Positions 13,023 to 24,267 of a stretch of DNA of 64,000 nt are shown piece by piece. Each line of letters opens with the position of its first letter. Within the stretch, counting starts at the first letter, position 1. The stretch spans positions 1 to 64,000 of the forward strand of contig NIVC01002863.1 in the NCBI GenBank assembly GCA_002269645.1, written 5' to 3'. This DNA comes from Macrostomum lignano. Its lineage: Eukaryota. A program made the position numbers and the translations under genes. A model generated the notes under the pieces. It had not been told where the DNA came from. It saw only the letters and a list, made by a program, of their open reading frames with translations, and did no database searches.

Positions 13023-14395
13023 TTTTAAGCCATGGCCTTAACCTTTGCTTTCCCTTTGAAGCTTGGCTTGTCAACAACTTCCAATTGACCATTGGCATCT
13101 GAACAACCTCCTTTCAATGAGCCAGAGCATTTCAGCAATCCCCCACATTTCGTCGAAGCCTCTTTTGTTTCAAGCTTTTAATGTTTTGGTTAGGTTAATG
13201 CTGGCATTTGAATACTTTGACGGGTGACAGGAAGTGAGCCAGAGTCCGAAGATGATTGCAATCCAAGGCTTCCCTGACCCCTCATTTGGTACAGAAGAAA
13301 GATCTGCCACTTGTGGCACTCATGTGGCAGCTCAACCGGACTCAAGCAATCAAAGGTTTTACAAAATTTCAATGAATTAAGGCGGCTTTTTTCAAGACTG
13401 GGTTAGGCAAAGAAATTCCCTGAGGAATCTGCCTCGGCGTTCTGGTTTCCGACGCTCAAAAGGATCTGTGGCATCGCCCGTTCTGTAAGGCAAGGACAGT
13501 GCTGCAGTCCGAAGCCCTACCTAACCGTCAGACCCGTCAGACTTGAACTCAACGAATGAGCTGCATAAAATGCAGTCATATTTGCGAAGGACGGCTGCAC
13601 CTAAAACTAGCTGCGTAATTTGCATTTGTTCTATTTAGCTTATAAGAGTTTCCGTTCCCACGCGCCTGTTCTGCAGTGTTTTAAATAAAAGGAGAGACAG
13701 TGTAGGCGCCATGGTTTCACTTTTCTCTCGCCCGCATCTGCGGGCCTAAAGGCATGGCCATTGCCTCGGCTGGGCTGTAGACCGCAGCAGCCTGGGCCCA
13801 GAAATACGACCGTGCTTCGAGTTCAATTCTTTCTTATCCGACGTGAGCAGAAGGTGCAGGCAGGACGCAAAATGCTACCTGTTACACAACGCGGCGACTC
13901 CAGCTGACAGGCCACAACACTGGGTTCTGTCAGTAGAGCGTCGTGTAATCACACACTGGCACCTGTGACGCTGTGTTCCTGGCTTTGTTTATAGTTTTAG
14001 TATTCTGTGGAATTTAAATTTCTCAACGAAACCAACTGCCACCAACTACAGGCAGTAGCTGAAAGTGTAATGTTCTTCGGGCCAAGCATGACTGTTCTGG
14101 CAAAAATCAATTCTGAATGTTTCAGAACTCTAACTTCAAGGAAATTTCCGACAGCTAACAGACAAGCGTTGCTTGCCGTCCAGAGACGATAATGACTCAG
14201 AATTTATTGTTTCTTCAATAAACGAGTCACACAGTATCAATTCATAGTGTTGAGCTGAGGTTAGTTTTTGCACCGCAAACGAGTCGTGTTACTATTGAGA
14301 GAAAAAGTACATAAAATGGGTTACATTGGTACAGAAACTTGGCTGTCCCTAGAAATATTCATTCAGTCAGTATAGTTCATAGTTAAAGTTAAAAG

Positions 14396-15203
14396 TCACT
14401 CATCGAGATAGAAGTCGATAATGACAGGCCTGGGGCGCTGCTTCATGGCCGCGTTGGAGACAACGAGCTCTCCAGAAGAGCCGTCGCTGCCGACCTGATG
14501 CTTTTCAACTCCGTTTTCCTTGGGTTCAAAGCCGTGCAGGACGGCCAGCGGCTTGGCGCTCTGGAACAGCGCCTCGGCGAGCTGCTCGTACAGCGGGATG
14601 TGCGTCACCAGCACTTTGGTGTCCGAGGGCACAGCGCGCCAAAAATGAGCCAGCTTTTCTGGGTTCATCCAGAAGCCGCAAGGTAATTCGGCACGAGGTC
14701 CGTACATGGGAAACCAGGGGATGCCGTAGAACTTCAGGCCACAGAGGGTAACCTCCGAGTCGATGAGCACGTGGCAGCTGGAGGCCAGGCGGCTGGCCAA
14801 GCTACCCCGGCCTCGGCCGCCGTTGTAGTGATAGCAGAACAGCCGCATGTCCTCCTTACCGGGCACGAACACCTTGTGCTGGTGCGGCTGCGAGTCGAAG
14901 AACTCGGCCACCTTGCGGATCTCCCGCTCCTCCAGCGCCCTCACCAAGCCCACTTTTAACGCGCTGTAGGCTTCAAAGCCTCCAGAATGCACCAGGATGT
15001 CGCCGCTTGGGATGGCGAATTGCTCGTGGCGCCGGTCCGTGTCGCTGATGTGCACGACGCGGACTCGGCGACGCTTGCCGTCGTTGGTGCCGATCTGGGC
15101 AGGAGGGGGGGGAGCGATCGGAGCGAATTTTTTCTTTCCAATTTCCAATCTCTCAATGCTTCACGTCAGCTCTACAGCTTACCTGCACATGATGAGGTTC
15201 CAT
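14396..15203 (-). CDS. Metallophosphoesterase paralog with degenerate metal-binding motifs (probable pseudoenzyme)
   Basis: Exons complement(15183..15203, 14396..15094), MEPHHVQ|IGTNDGK..., with an 88-nt GTAAG...CCCAG intron at the same position as in paralog 1. The frame is open. Motifs read SDTD, HSGGF, GKED, THIP and HGFEP. Confidence 0.85.
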
Positions 15204-15308
15204 CGGAAGTCCGTGTAGAGCAGAGTGGCTTGAAGTGCCGTCAGAATTCGTTGAAAGTTGATGAGGCAAAGCCAAAAACAACGATTGCAGCGAGACTCGC
15301 AAGCCCCC

Positions 15309-15316
15309 TTTTTATA
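15309..15316 (-). promoter_or_regulatory. Candidate TATA box of metallophosphoesterase 2
   Basis: TATAAAAAGGGGG on the minus strand, ~105 nt upstream of the ATG at 15203. Confidence 0.5.
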
Positions 15317-16124
15317 GAATTGGAGTAGCCAAATTTCCCGGCTGATTCCATTGAGGTATTTTCCACTCATCCAGAATATTTTTTGACTCTGACCCACTCA
15401 CCTGCAGTCCTCAAATATAGAAACTGAAACGCAAGTTGATATAAACAAGCATTTAACTCGGACTCGGAAAAATATAATTTTCGTACTAGAAACGAACTCA
15501 GGTTTTCACGAACTTGGAATACTGCAGTCAACTCGTCTTTAGTCTCTGCGCTTTCTCAGCATCCACTAATTAAGTAACCACTCCATCATTGCAGAGCGGC
15601 ACATTGGGTTGTCGCTACAGACTCCAAAAAGCTTTAAAGCAGATTTCGAAACTTGAGCAATGAATAACTGTTCAAAAATAGAAATTGAGACTCACGATAA
15701 TTGAAATCTATAATTAGTATTCAAGTCAGGTTGACCTTGACGTCTCATCTCTATTTTTTTGGGCCAGCGGTTTCGCAATTTCTAATGTTTACATTTTCAT
15801 GTTGCCTTATTCTGATTACAACTGTTTTCTGACGCTAGTCTCAGCTTTTAGAAGATTTGCTAGCAGTCTGCACCCCCGTTAGAGAGGCATCAAAGAAGGG
15901 AATGAAATTTTTTAATGAACTACCTGTAGCTTTTGACCATGTGCAGTCGTCATTTTTTAGTTTCTAAGGAAAGTGATCTTTAAAGCAAAAAAGCATCCGC
16001 CCCACAATCAGCCATCCAGCCCAGGCGTCTGATAAAAACGGCCCGCGGGCCTCGAAGCCTCTCTATCCGGCCCTCGGGTCCTTTGAAACTTCACAATAGC
16101 GATCCGGCCCGCTCAGGGTTTTGT

Positions 16125-16375
16125 CTCTTCTCATCTCTCCTCTCCCTCATCTTCTCTCTTCTCTCCCCTCTCCCGTCTACTCCACTCTCATCTCTCCACT
16201 CTTCTCTCTCATCGCATCTCTATCTCGCCTCTCACCTCTCATCTCTCCACTCTTCTCTCTCATCGCATCTCTATCTCGCCTCTCACCTCTCATCTCTCCA
16301 CTCTTCTCTCTCATCGCATCTCTATCTCGCCTCTCACCTCTCATCTCTTTTCTCTTCTCTTTCTTCTCCTCTCAA
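16125..16375. repeat. CT-rich ~45-bp tandem repeat / low-complexity tract
   Basis: CTCTCATCTCTCCACTCTTCTCTCTCATCGCATCTCTATCTCGCC repeated ~3 times. Confidence 0.85.
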
Positions 16376-16861
16376 TGATTGATCTTGCGGCAGAGTCGAC
16401 AAAAACTAAAAATTCTGAAAAAATGTTAACCTTTAAGTTCTATGAGCCCTGGGGTCGGCCACAACTTGTCATTTAGTCTTGCTTCTTCGTACTTTTCGAA
16501 CTTTTATATTTATACTCTTAGAACTAGCAGTACATGCATCGGCAGATTTTTCTCTATTTAAGCTTAGTTTAGTACCTGAAAGTTAAGCAATGTTGTTCAC
16601 GGTTAGTACGCTGCTGAATAGGTGGCATGTGTCACCTCTCAATGCAGCCAAAGCTTGAGCGGCTCACAGCTTAGTAAAAAATTCTAATCAAGAAATCGTG
16701 ACATTTTCAAAAAAATTGCCTGTCAGCTACTATGAGTAAAGACAGGAGACAATTTATTGCACAAGAATCTCCTAGCAAATCAGTCAAAGTCGGATAATAC
16801 TCTTGACAATTTACTTTTTTAAATAGGAAATAGACGCAAACAATTTGTCTGAGGCCAGGGG

Positions 16862-19736
16862 TCACTGGCCGCCCAGTCTCTGGCTGACCTCTCCGGCCGC
16901 TCGGTGGCCGCTCTGAACGGCGCCGTCCATGAAGCCGCACCACTCAGTGGCGGTCTCGGTGCCCGCGAAGTGCACCCGGCCAAACGGAGCCCGCATGTTC
17001 GGCCCCATGAGGTGGGCGGCGCCGGCGCTGACGATGTTGACTGGGCAGCCGCCGTTGAAAGGCTCGTGGCGCCAGTTCTTCTCGGCGAAGTCAAGACAGT
17101 CCAGGACCCGGTCTCGAGGGAAGAACCGGCTGATGTGCTCCAGTACGGCTGAGCGGCGCTGCTCCGGGCTCAGACCGTCCAACTCCTGCGGGCCAAAGGG
17201 AACAATGCCTGCTCACAGCACTCACCTCCTCACAGCAACCACCTCCTCACAACACCCACCTCCTCACAACACCCACCTCCTCACAACACCCACCTCCTCA
17301 CAACACCCACCTCCTCACAACACTCACCACCTCACAGCACCCACCTCCTCACAACACCCACCTCCTCACAACACCCACCTCCTCACAGCACCCACCTCCT
17401 CACAACACCCACCTCCTCACAGCACCCACCTCCTCACAACACCCACCTCCTCACAACACCCACCTCCTCACAGCACCCACCTCCTCACAACACCCACCTC
17501 CTCACAACACCCACCTCCTCACAGCACCCACCTCCTCACAACACCCACCTCCTCACAGCACCCACCTCCTCACAACACCCACCTCCTCACAACACCCACC
17601 TCCTCACAGCACCCACCTCCTCACAACACCCACCTCTTCACAGTACCCACCTCCTCACAGCACCCACCTCCTCACAACACCCACCTCCTCACAGCACCCA
17701 CCTCCTCACAACACCCACCTCCTCACAACACCCACCTCCTCACAACACCCACCTCCTCACAGCACCCACCTCCTCACAGCACCCACCTCCTCACAGCACC
17801 CACCTCCTCACAGCACCCACCTCCTCACAGCAACCACCACCCCAGTCAAACACACAACTCTTGGCATGTATTGCAGCGCACTACTCAAGTCAAATGGGCA
17901 CACCTGGGCCTGCAGGCCGCCAGACAGAACCACCAGCGCCGGGTCGCGGCCCCCCTCCTGCGAGTAGTCGAAGCAGACGGATATCGGCGCGGCTGTCAGT
18001 CCTGGCGCCGTGGGCGGCCCGTCTGCTGAGACGATCTCACCAGAGTAGCCGAGCTCGCGCCAGAAGGCCGTCTCATAGGTGATGACGAACTTGAAGATGT
18101 GGCCCACCGGTGAGCACCTGTCCGAAGTTGAAAACCAGCATAAATTAGAAAATCTGGCACAAACGGCTTCAAATCTTTGCCCCTATCTGGGCCAGTACCT
18201 GTACAGATCGAGCTTTCGAGCGGGCAGCGGTGGTTGCCAGTCCAGCTGCGCCAGCAGATGCGGCGGTGCCGAGGACACCGCGTAGCGAGCCGTTAGCGGT
18301 GCCGACCGTCCGACAATGTCCAGACAGACTCGGTTGTCCAGCTGCCGGACGGCGGCTACCGGAGCGGACAGCAGCACCCGCTGGGGGCCGAGGCGCTCGG
18401 CAAGACGCTGACAGATCTGGTGTGCGCCGCCCTTCTTGCGGAAGCCCTGGCCTGACTGGGCATCGCTGGCCACCAGAGCCTTCGGGTTTGCAGTTCGGAA
18501 TGTTGTTTGAATGCCATAGCGCTGTCCCGTCCCGTCCCGTCCCGTCCCGTCCCGTCCCGTCCCGTCCCGTCCCGTCCCGTCCCGTCCCGTCCCGTCCCGT
18601 CCCGTCCCGTCCCGTCCCGTCCCGTCCCGTCCCGTCCCGTCCCGTCCCGTCCCGTCCCGTCCCGTCCCGTCCCGTCCCGTCCCGTCCCGTCCCGTCCCGT
18701 CCCGTCCCGTCCCGTCCCGTCCCGTCCCGTCCCGTCCCGTCCCGTCCCGTCCCGTCCCGTCCCGTCCCGTCCCGTCCCGTCCCGTCCCGTCCCGTCCCGT
18801 CCCGTCCCGTCCCGTCCCGTCCCGTCCCGTCCCGTCCCGTCCCGTCCCGTCCCGTCCCGTCCCGTCCCGTCCCGTCCCGTCCCGTCCCGTCCCGTCCCGT
18901 CCCGTCCCGTCCCGTCCCGTCCCGTCCCGTCCCGTCCCGTCCCGTCCCGTCCCGTCCCGTCCCGTCCCGTCCCGTCCCGTCCCGTCCCGTCCTGACAAGT
19001 TACAGCAATTTACCTGGAATCCACCTGCGGCACTGGCGTACGCCAGCATGTAGAGAGCGGACATGCGGCTCAAGTCGGCACCCCAGATGGTGCGGGCGGC
19101 AGCCTGCACCAGACACTTCGTGGCGCGGCTCCACGACAGGCTGTTGAACAGCGCCTGGCCCGTCAGGCCGTCGAGCTGGGCGGCGGTGCGGCAGGCTCCT
19201 GGATCGGCCGCATCTACCTGGCGGACTCGGCGCTCCATCTGGACCAGCACCTTGCCCATGTCCAGCAGACCCACCAGCCCAATGTAGGGGATCTCGCCGG
19301 TGTACTGCGCCACCTTGGCGCCCATCTCGGCGCACTTCCGGCCAGTCAGGTACTGCGGGTACTGCTCAATGTGCAGCTGGCGCATCAGCTCAGAAATATG
19401 CCGCTGGCTGGGCCCGATCCACATGCCGCCGAGGTCGAAGTTGGCCTCGCCGCCGCCCGCCGTGCGCATCCGGTGACCGAGGGTTCGGCCGCCGACCCGG
19501 TCCTTGGCCTCCACTACAGCCACCCGACAGTCGGGCCGGAGGCGCAGCAGCTCGTTGGCGGCTGCCAGGCCGCTGATGCCCGCTCCGATCACCAGCACGT
19601 CGTAGTCGGTTGGCTCCCCTAACCGCTTTTCCTGAGGCTGCTCCTGCGGCTGCTCCTGAGGCTGCTCCTGAGGCTGCTCCTGAGGCTGCTCCTGAGGCTG
19701 CTCCTGAGGCTGCTCCTGCTGTTGTGATCCAGACAT
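16862..19736 (-). CDS. Flavin-containing monoamine oxidase-like protein, ~513 aa
   Basis: Exons complement(19014..19736, 18199..18479, 17904..18117, 16862..17185), 1542 nt, phases consistent. Motifs VIGAGISGL (FAD), EAKDRVGGR, DLGGMW, EKNW..EPFNGGCP and HFAGTETA..W.GFMDGAVQSG. The exon 2 acceptor (AAG) is less certain. Confidence 0.88.
17215..17835. repeat. 17-bp intronic minisatellite (CACCCACCTCCTCACAA/G), ~36 copies
   Basis: Lies in amine oxidase intron 3. Confidence 0.95.
18526..18990. repeat. Perfect (CCCGT)93 microsatellite
   Basis: Lies in amine oxidase intron 1. No interruptions seen. Confidence 0.97.
19632..19722 (-). repeat. Coding 12-bp repeat giving (QEQP)n at the amine oxidase N-terminus
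   Basis: GGCTGCTCCTGA x ~7-8, in frame after the ATG at 19736. Confidence 0.85.
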
Positions 19737-22007
19737 GTCTGCAGTCTGAATTGTAGGACTTTTAATCCTATCACGCTCGTATATTGATTTGCTGAAAGAA
19801 TTGAAAAGAAAAGTTCAGCTTTTAGCCACCGATGCAACTCGATAATTTCTCTGTAGAAAGCGAGCAGTCTGTCTATACTTGAGCAAAGGTCTTGCAGGTA
19901 TACTGTACTCCGCTGCTCAGAATTGCTGCTCGAGAAGATAAGCGGCGTGCTTATTGCACTGCACACCATATCTGGCCTCTGACCGAGAGAGGTGGCGGAA
20001 AGAGTCAATATTACTTAGGAAAATCTATTTAGCACGAAATAAAGTTTTCTGAATTCGATTACCAATAAAATGATTTTGCATGTGAAACGTTCCGGTTAAA
20101 AGAACTAATTTATGACAAATCTAGGTATTTTTTTATACAAGCTTCGAATCATTTAGGGAGTACCCGCGTGGAAATTTCTATTTCAAAACATTTGACTCTG
20201 CAGAGTAGGTTAAGAAAACATACAGCTTATAAATTTATTTTACAGGTTGTTAGTCTATGTAAACGATAATATAACTAATCGGCTATGAAATAAATCCATT
20301 CAAATACGAGCTTAATAGGATTAATAGAAGTTAAATAATGATAGTCAATGGATTGCCTGTAATTGTATAAAAAGTTGAGTCATTAAAAATTAAAATGAAA
20401 AATATGACTGCATGCAGAGGATAACTTTTAAAACAAATTAACAAATAAGCAAAATATTGTCTCCTGTTATAGTTACCCTGAAGTTTAAACGGGCATCTTC
20501 TAAGAAAATAGTAAAATTAAATTGGTGCTAAAAATTTTTCATTATAACATTATAACAAGAATCTAGAGAATTTACCGCAAAATTTTATTTTCAATAATGA
20601 AAAAAGCCAGTAAAAAGCCATTAAAAATATTATTAATATTGTGTTTTACTAGAATAAAATAGATTTTTCTCTACAAAATTCTGTCGTTTGTCTCCAGCTA
20701 CTTGTTCCCACAGCTTGAAAATACACGATGGGTAAATGGGCTGTGGGAAAAGCAAACTTAAAATACCGCGAATCTCTTAGTCATTTCTTCAGTTCATATG
20801 CCCTCGTCTCTGTGTACTGTATGTTTTCTGTGCCTTAGTAGTCCAGTCTGGTTTTCTCACTTATTGTGCTTTCTAAACTCTCCCTCTCGCAGGCTTCTGA
20901 TTGGCTCCTCGATCTTATCTCTTTCCTCAGTTGCGCACGACCCCGTTAAAAAGACGAAGTCATACGAGTCTACGCTCGTATCGTAAACAACATGATCTGC
21001 TATGAAAAATTCGCAGAAGTTATAACAAAGATGCAAAAAGGTGGGGTTAAAACAATAGACCTTTTAAACGGATTTCTCTTCACCCTTTTGCTACGATAGT
21101 CTACGTAAAAAGTACAAAATAAGTACTGTCACGTTATTGGCGTAGCGGCCAGCTATGCGATGAGCCTTAAAAGGGCCGTTTTAGTCCCAAAATAAGTTGA
21201 AGTCAATTCTTGTAAGGCGGATTTTGTAGCGGAGCACTTGGCGATAGAGGCAGGAACTGCCGTAGTTGGTTTTATTGGTAGTATCAATAATAGGCTTGGT
21301 TAAAATTTATGTCAATAAACAAACTATAGCTTTCTGGGCACTGGCGGCTGCAACAATGGTTTCTTTGAAGATGAATTGGATATGAAGTCAAGTGACAGAC
21401 GAACGGTGCAATGGCGATGTAACGTGATGAGCAATGGCAATGAGTACAGTGAAGGCAGTGAGACGCAGTAGGCAGGCAGATGAGCAGTGGCGAGGTTGGC
21501 GTCAGCCGTGGCGTGAAGTAAGGAGGCTCGAGGCAGCCAGACAGAGAGAAGGAAAACAAGGCTAGACAAGGCTAGGCAAGCCAGACGGGACGGAGGACAA
21601 GCCTAGGGAGAGAGAACACAGAACACAAGAACAGAAGTGAAGCCCCCAGCCCGCCAGGCGAAGGTTAATAAAGAGCGCAAAAGGGGGGGGGGTCGCGTAA
21701 AACACGGAGAGTCCTCAGTGGCTGGCGAGAGAACTTGAAATTATTGATCGTGCCAATTTTATACGGTCGCGAGAGAGGATAGCAAAATATACAGTGAATT
21801 AGAAATTGCCACAAAATCGTTGGGCACTACTATAAGTAAACGTTAAAATAAACTATTGGAGAAATTAATATGAGAAACTACAAGGGAAACTACAGTCCAA
21901 CGGCCCTTTTGCGGGACCACTTAAACCAGCAACGTCACAGTACAAAATACATGTAACAGCTCGTCATTTTTCATTTTTAGCAGAGACTTTTGCTCCGGCC
22001 AAGAACT

Positions 22008-23516
22008 TTAAGCGCGCTGCGTGAAAACAATCCGATGCAGCGGTGGAGCTCTCAAAAGCGTTCCCTTCGAGAACTCAGGATCCTCCGTCAGGTGCCACAG
22101 CGTCCTGCTGTCCTCGGGGTCCAGACCGAAGCGGTACCGCTGCATCAGAGCCGTGAAGAAGATGAACAGCTCCATCCTGGCCAGACTCTCTCCCAGACAA
22201 GCTCTCTTGCCCAGACCGAAGGTGGCCAGGTGGGGACACGGCGCGAACTGTCCGTCCTTCAGATGCCGCTCGGGCAGGAAGCGCTGCGGCTCCGGGAACA
22301 GCTCGGGGTCGTGGTGGATCGAGTACACGTTGAAGGCGCAGATGCTGTCAGCCTTGAGACGAACTCCACCGACTGTGATGTCTTCAGTGACTCGGTGGAA
22401 CACGCCAAACGGAGCGAGACACGACTTGCGGTGCACCTCCTCGATGACGGCCTGGGTGTAGTGCAGACTCGGCTTGTCCTGCATCTTGGGCAGTCGGTCT
22501 CGACCGATCACATCGACGATCTCCTTGTGCGCCTTCTCGGCCATGTCGGGGTTTCCAATCATGTAGAGAATGGCCCACCGGAGCGAGTTGGCGGTGGTGT
22601 CCGTTCCAGCCACGAACAAGTCGCTGACCGCGAGTGTGAGCCGTTTATCATTGAAGAGCTCGGGGTGTTTTCTCTGGTGCAGCAGGTGGGCCTCAATGTA
22701 GTCTCTGGCCTGATCCACACTGTCCATCTCTTTCATATGGCGCTCTTGCTGCTCTGTACAGTACATTCTTAGCTTTTCGAAATTCTCAACGACCCTCTTT
22801 GAGCTTGGGACTTTCAAAAGCAGTTCCATTAGTGGCGGAATATTTTTAACTAGCGGCATCACTGACATGAAAATGTAGCGATTAAAATTGGAACTCGAAT
22901 TCTGGGTTAGGTTTCTAAATAGGTTGAGCATCTCGCTAAATCGCTCATCCTCGGAGGCGAGTCGTGAGCCGAACACGAGCTGGCAGATCACGTTGCTGGT
23001 GGCGGTGCTCATGACCATCAGCGTCTCCACTGGCTCTCCAGCCGCCGCATCCAGCGTGCTCACCATGTGCTCCGCCTCGATCGCGATGATCTCCTCAGCT
23101 CCATGGCGCCCGAATCCGAAGTCGCGGAGCGTCTTTAATGTGAACCTCCGGTACTCCCGCCAGATTTCTCCATCTGTTAGCACTATGCCGCCCTTGTCAC
23201 CGAGAAGGTGCATCAGCAGGTACTGAGGCAGCCGGCCAGTCAGCTGCTCAGCGTTGTCAATCATTGCCTCCTTGAAGACGGGCCACCGGTTGAAGAAGTA
23301 CACGCACTGGGTGCCGAAGTGAACTCGAACGATCGGCTCTGTGCCGAACTTCTCGTACATCGACAGGTAGAGCGGCTCGTCCAAGTGGAAGTAGCTGCCA
23401 ACCAGAGGATAGCGACCGACCGACGGCGGCTCTCGAGCGTCGTCGAGCTTTCGCTTGAGCCAGTAGAGGCCGAGCGCCACTGCGCCTCCAGCGAGAGCTA
23501 CTGTAGCTGCAGCCAT
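22008..23516 (-). CDS. Cytochrome P450, CYP2 clan, intronless, 502 aa
   Basis: N-terminal TM anchor, W..YRRF, I-helix AGTDTT, EVHR (ExxR), PERH, and heme motif FGLGKRACLG. Confidence 0.96.
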   Translation of the reverse strand: MAAATVALAGGAVALGLYWLKRKLDDAREPPSVGRYPLVGSYFHLDEPLYLSMYEKFGTEPIVRVHFGTQCVYFFNRWPVFKEAMIDNAEQLTGRLPQYLLMHLLGDKGGIVLTDGEIWREYRRFTLKTLRDFGFGRHGAEEIIAIEAEHMVSTLDAAAGEPVETLMVMSTATSNVICQLVFGSRLASEDERFSEMLNLFRNLTQNSSSNFNRYIFMSVMPLVKNIPPLMELLLKVPSSKRVVENFEKLRMYCTEQQERHMKEMDSVDQARDYIEAHLLHQRKHPELFNDKRLTLAVSDLFVAGTDTTANSLRWAILYMIGNPDMAEKAHKEIVDVIGRDRLPKMQDKPSLHYTQAVIEEVHRKSCLAPFGVFHRVTEDITVGGVRLKADSICAFNVYSIHHDPELFPEPQRFLPERHLKDGQFAPCPHLATFGLGKRACLGESLARMELFIFFTALMQRYRFGLDPEDSRTLWHLTEDPEFSKGTLLRAPPLHRIVFTQRA

Positions 23517-23618
23517 GTAGAAGAACGCCTGTGTTTTTATTTGGAAGCTTTGAATCTCTGTTGCAGTTACAGATGCAGGGCTTGCTGCTCAGTGTGCTCT
23601 CTGGCTAAGAAAAGTGTC

Positions 23619-23625
23619 TTTTATA
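23619..23625 (-). promoter_or_regulatory. Candidate TATA box of the P450
   Basis: TATAAAA on the minus strand, ~103 nt upstream of the ATG. Confidence 0.4.
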
Positions 23626-24267
23626 AGTTCTTTGCTTGCCAAACTAGCCGAGATGGTTTGGCATGGTCTTACAGACCCGCAGTCTCAAATGAAGGTCGTC
23701 GCCAGTCTGCACAGATACGCAGCACTTGTACTGCTCACCCAGCTCTTCTCTATTGGTTTATAGTAGTGAGGTTTCTCATTCGAGCTCAACTTGTCGGTGC
23801 TAAAATAAGTATCGTGTCATTTTTTGTGCCCCAGAAGGACAGGCTGTTGCGTATTCAAAAACCACTCTGAGATGCGGGGACGAATTGCGTTGCTCGCCAA
23901 GCAGTTTGAAGACACTTTAACTGACCTTGCATGTCACTTTAACAATAGCAATTTGCTCGTTATTGGCGCTAATGCTTGCCAAAATGATCTAAAAATGTAA
24001 CAAAACAGAGTTTTATAAGTTCCTTGTAGAACCAATTCTTAAAATTGACTTTGGAGGCAAAAACTGCGCCTCATGTCACATGGAGTGAAATTTTACCTGT
24101 CGAGATACAAAAGAAAAGTTAAAAATATAATATGTTAAAAGTACATAAAAAGTGGAATCACTCTCGCGTGTCAGATGAAGCAGACTTTACTCTACGAAGG
24201 CAGACTCCAAGAATGAAAAAGTTTAACAACCAGCGAGATAACGAGATTTTGTCTAGGTGTTTCTTTA

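Noticed and set aside
14396-15148. ORF-track start MEIGKKKFAP for phosphoesterase 2
   Set aside because: The start codon is TTG inside the 88-nt intron. The spliced MEPHHVQ exon matches the paralog.
16022-16451. hAT-like MITE (CAGGCGTC...GAGCCCTG with CGGCCCGCGGGCC)
   Set aside because: The TIR match is weak and there is no 8-bp TSD. It may be a decayed element but cannot be supported.
18480-19013. (GRDGT)n insertion within the amine oxidase
   Set aside because: It is flanked by a GTAAAT donor and an AG acceptor, and removing it restores the MAO alignment.
21211-21704. Possible solo LTR (TGTAAGG...AATAAA...AAACA)
   Set aside because: The termini are only loosely inverted and the flanks (ATTCT / CGGAG) give no target-site duplication.
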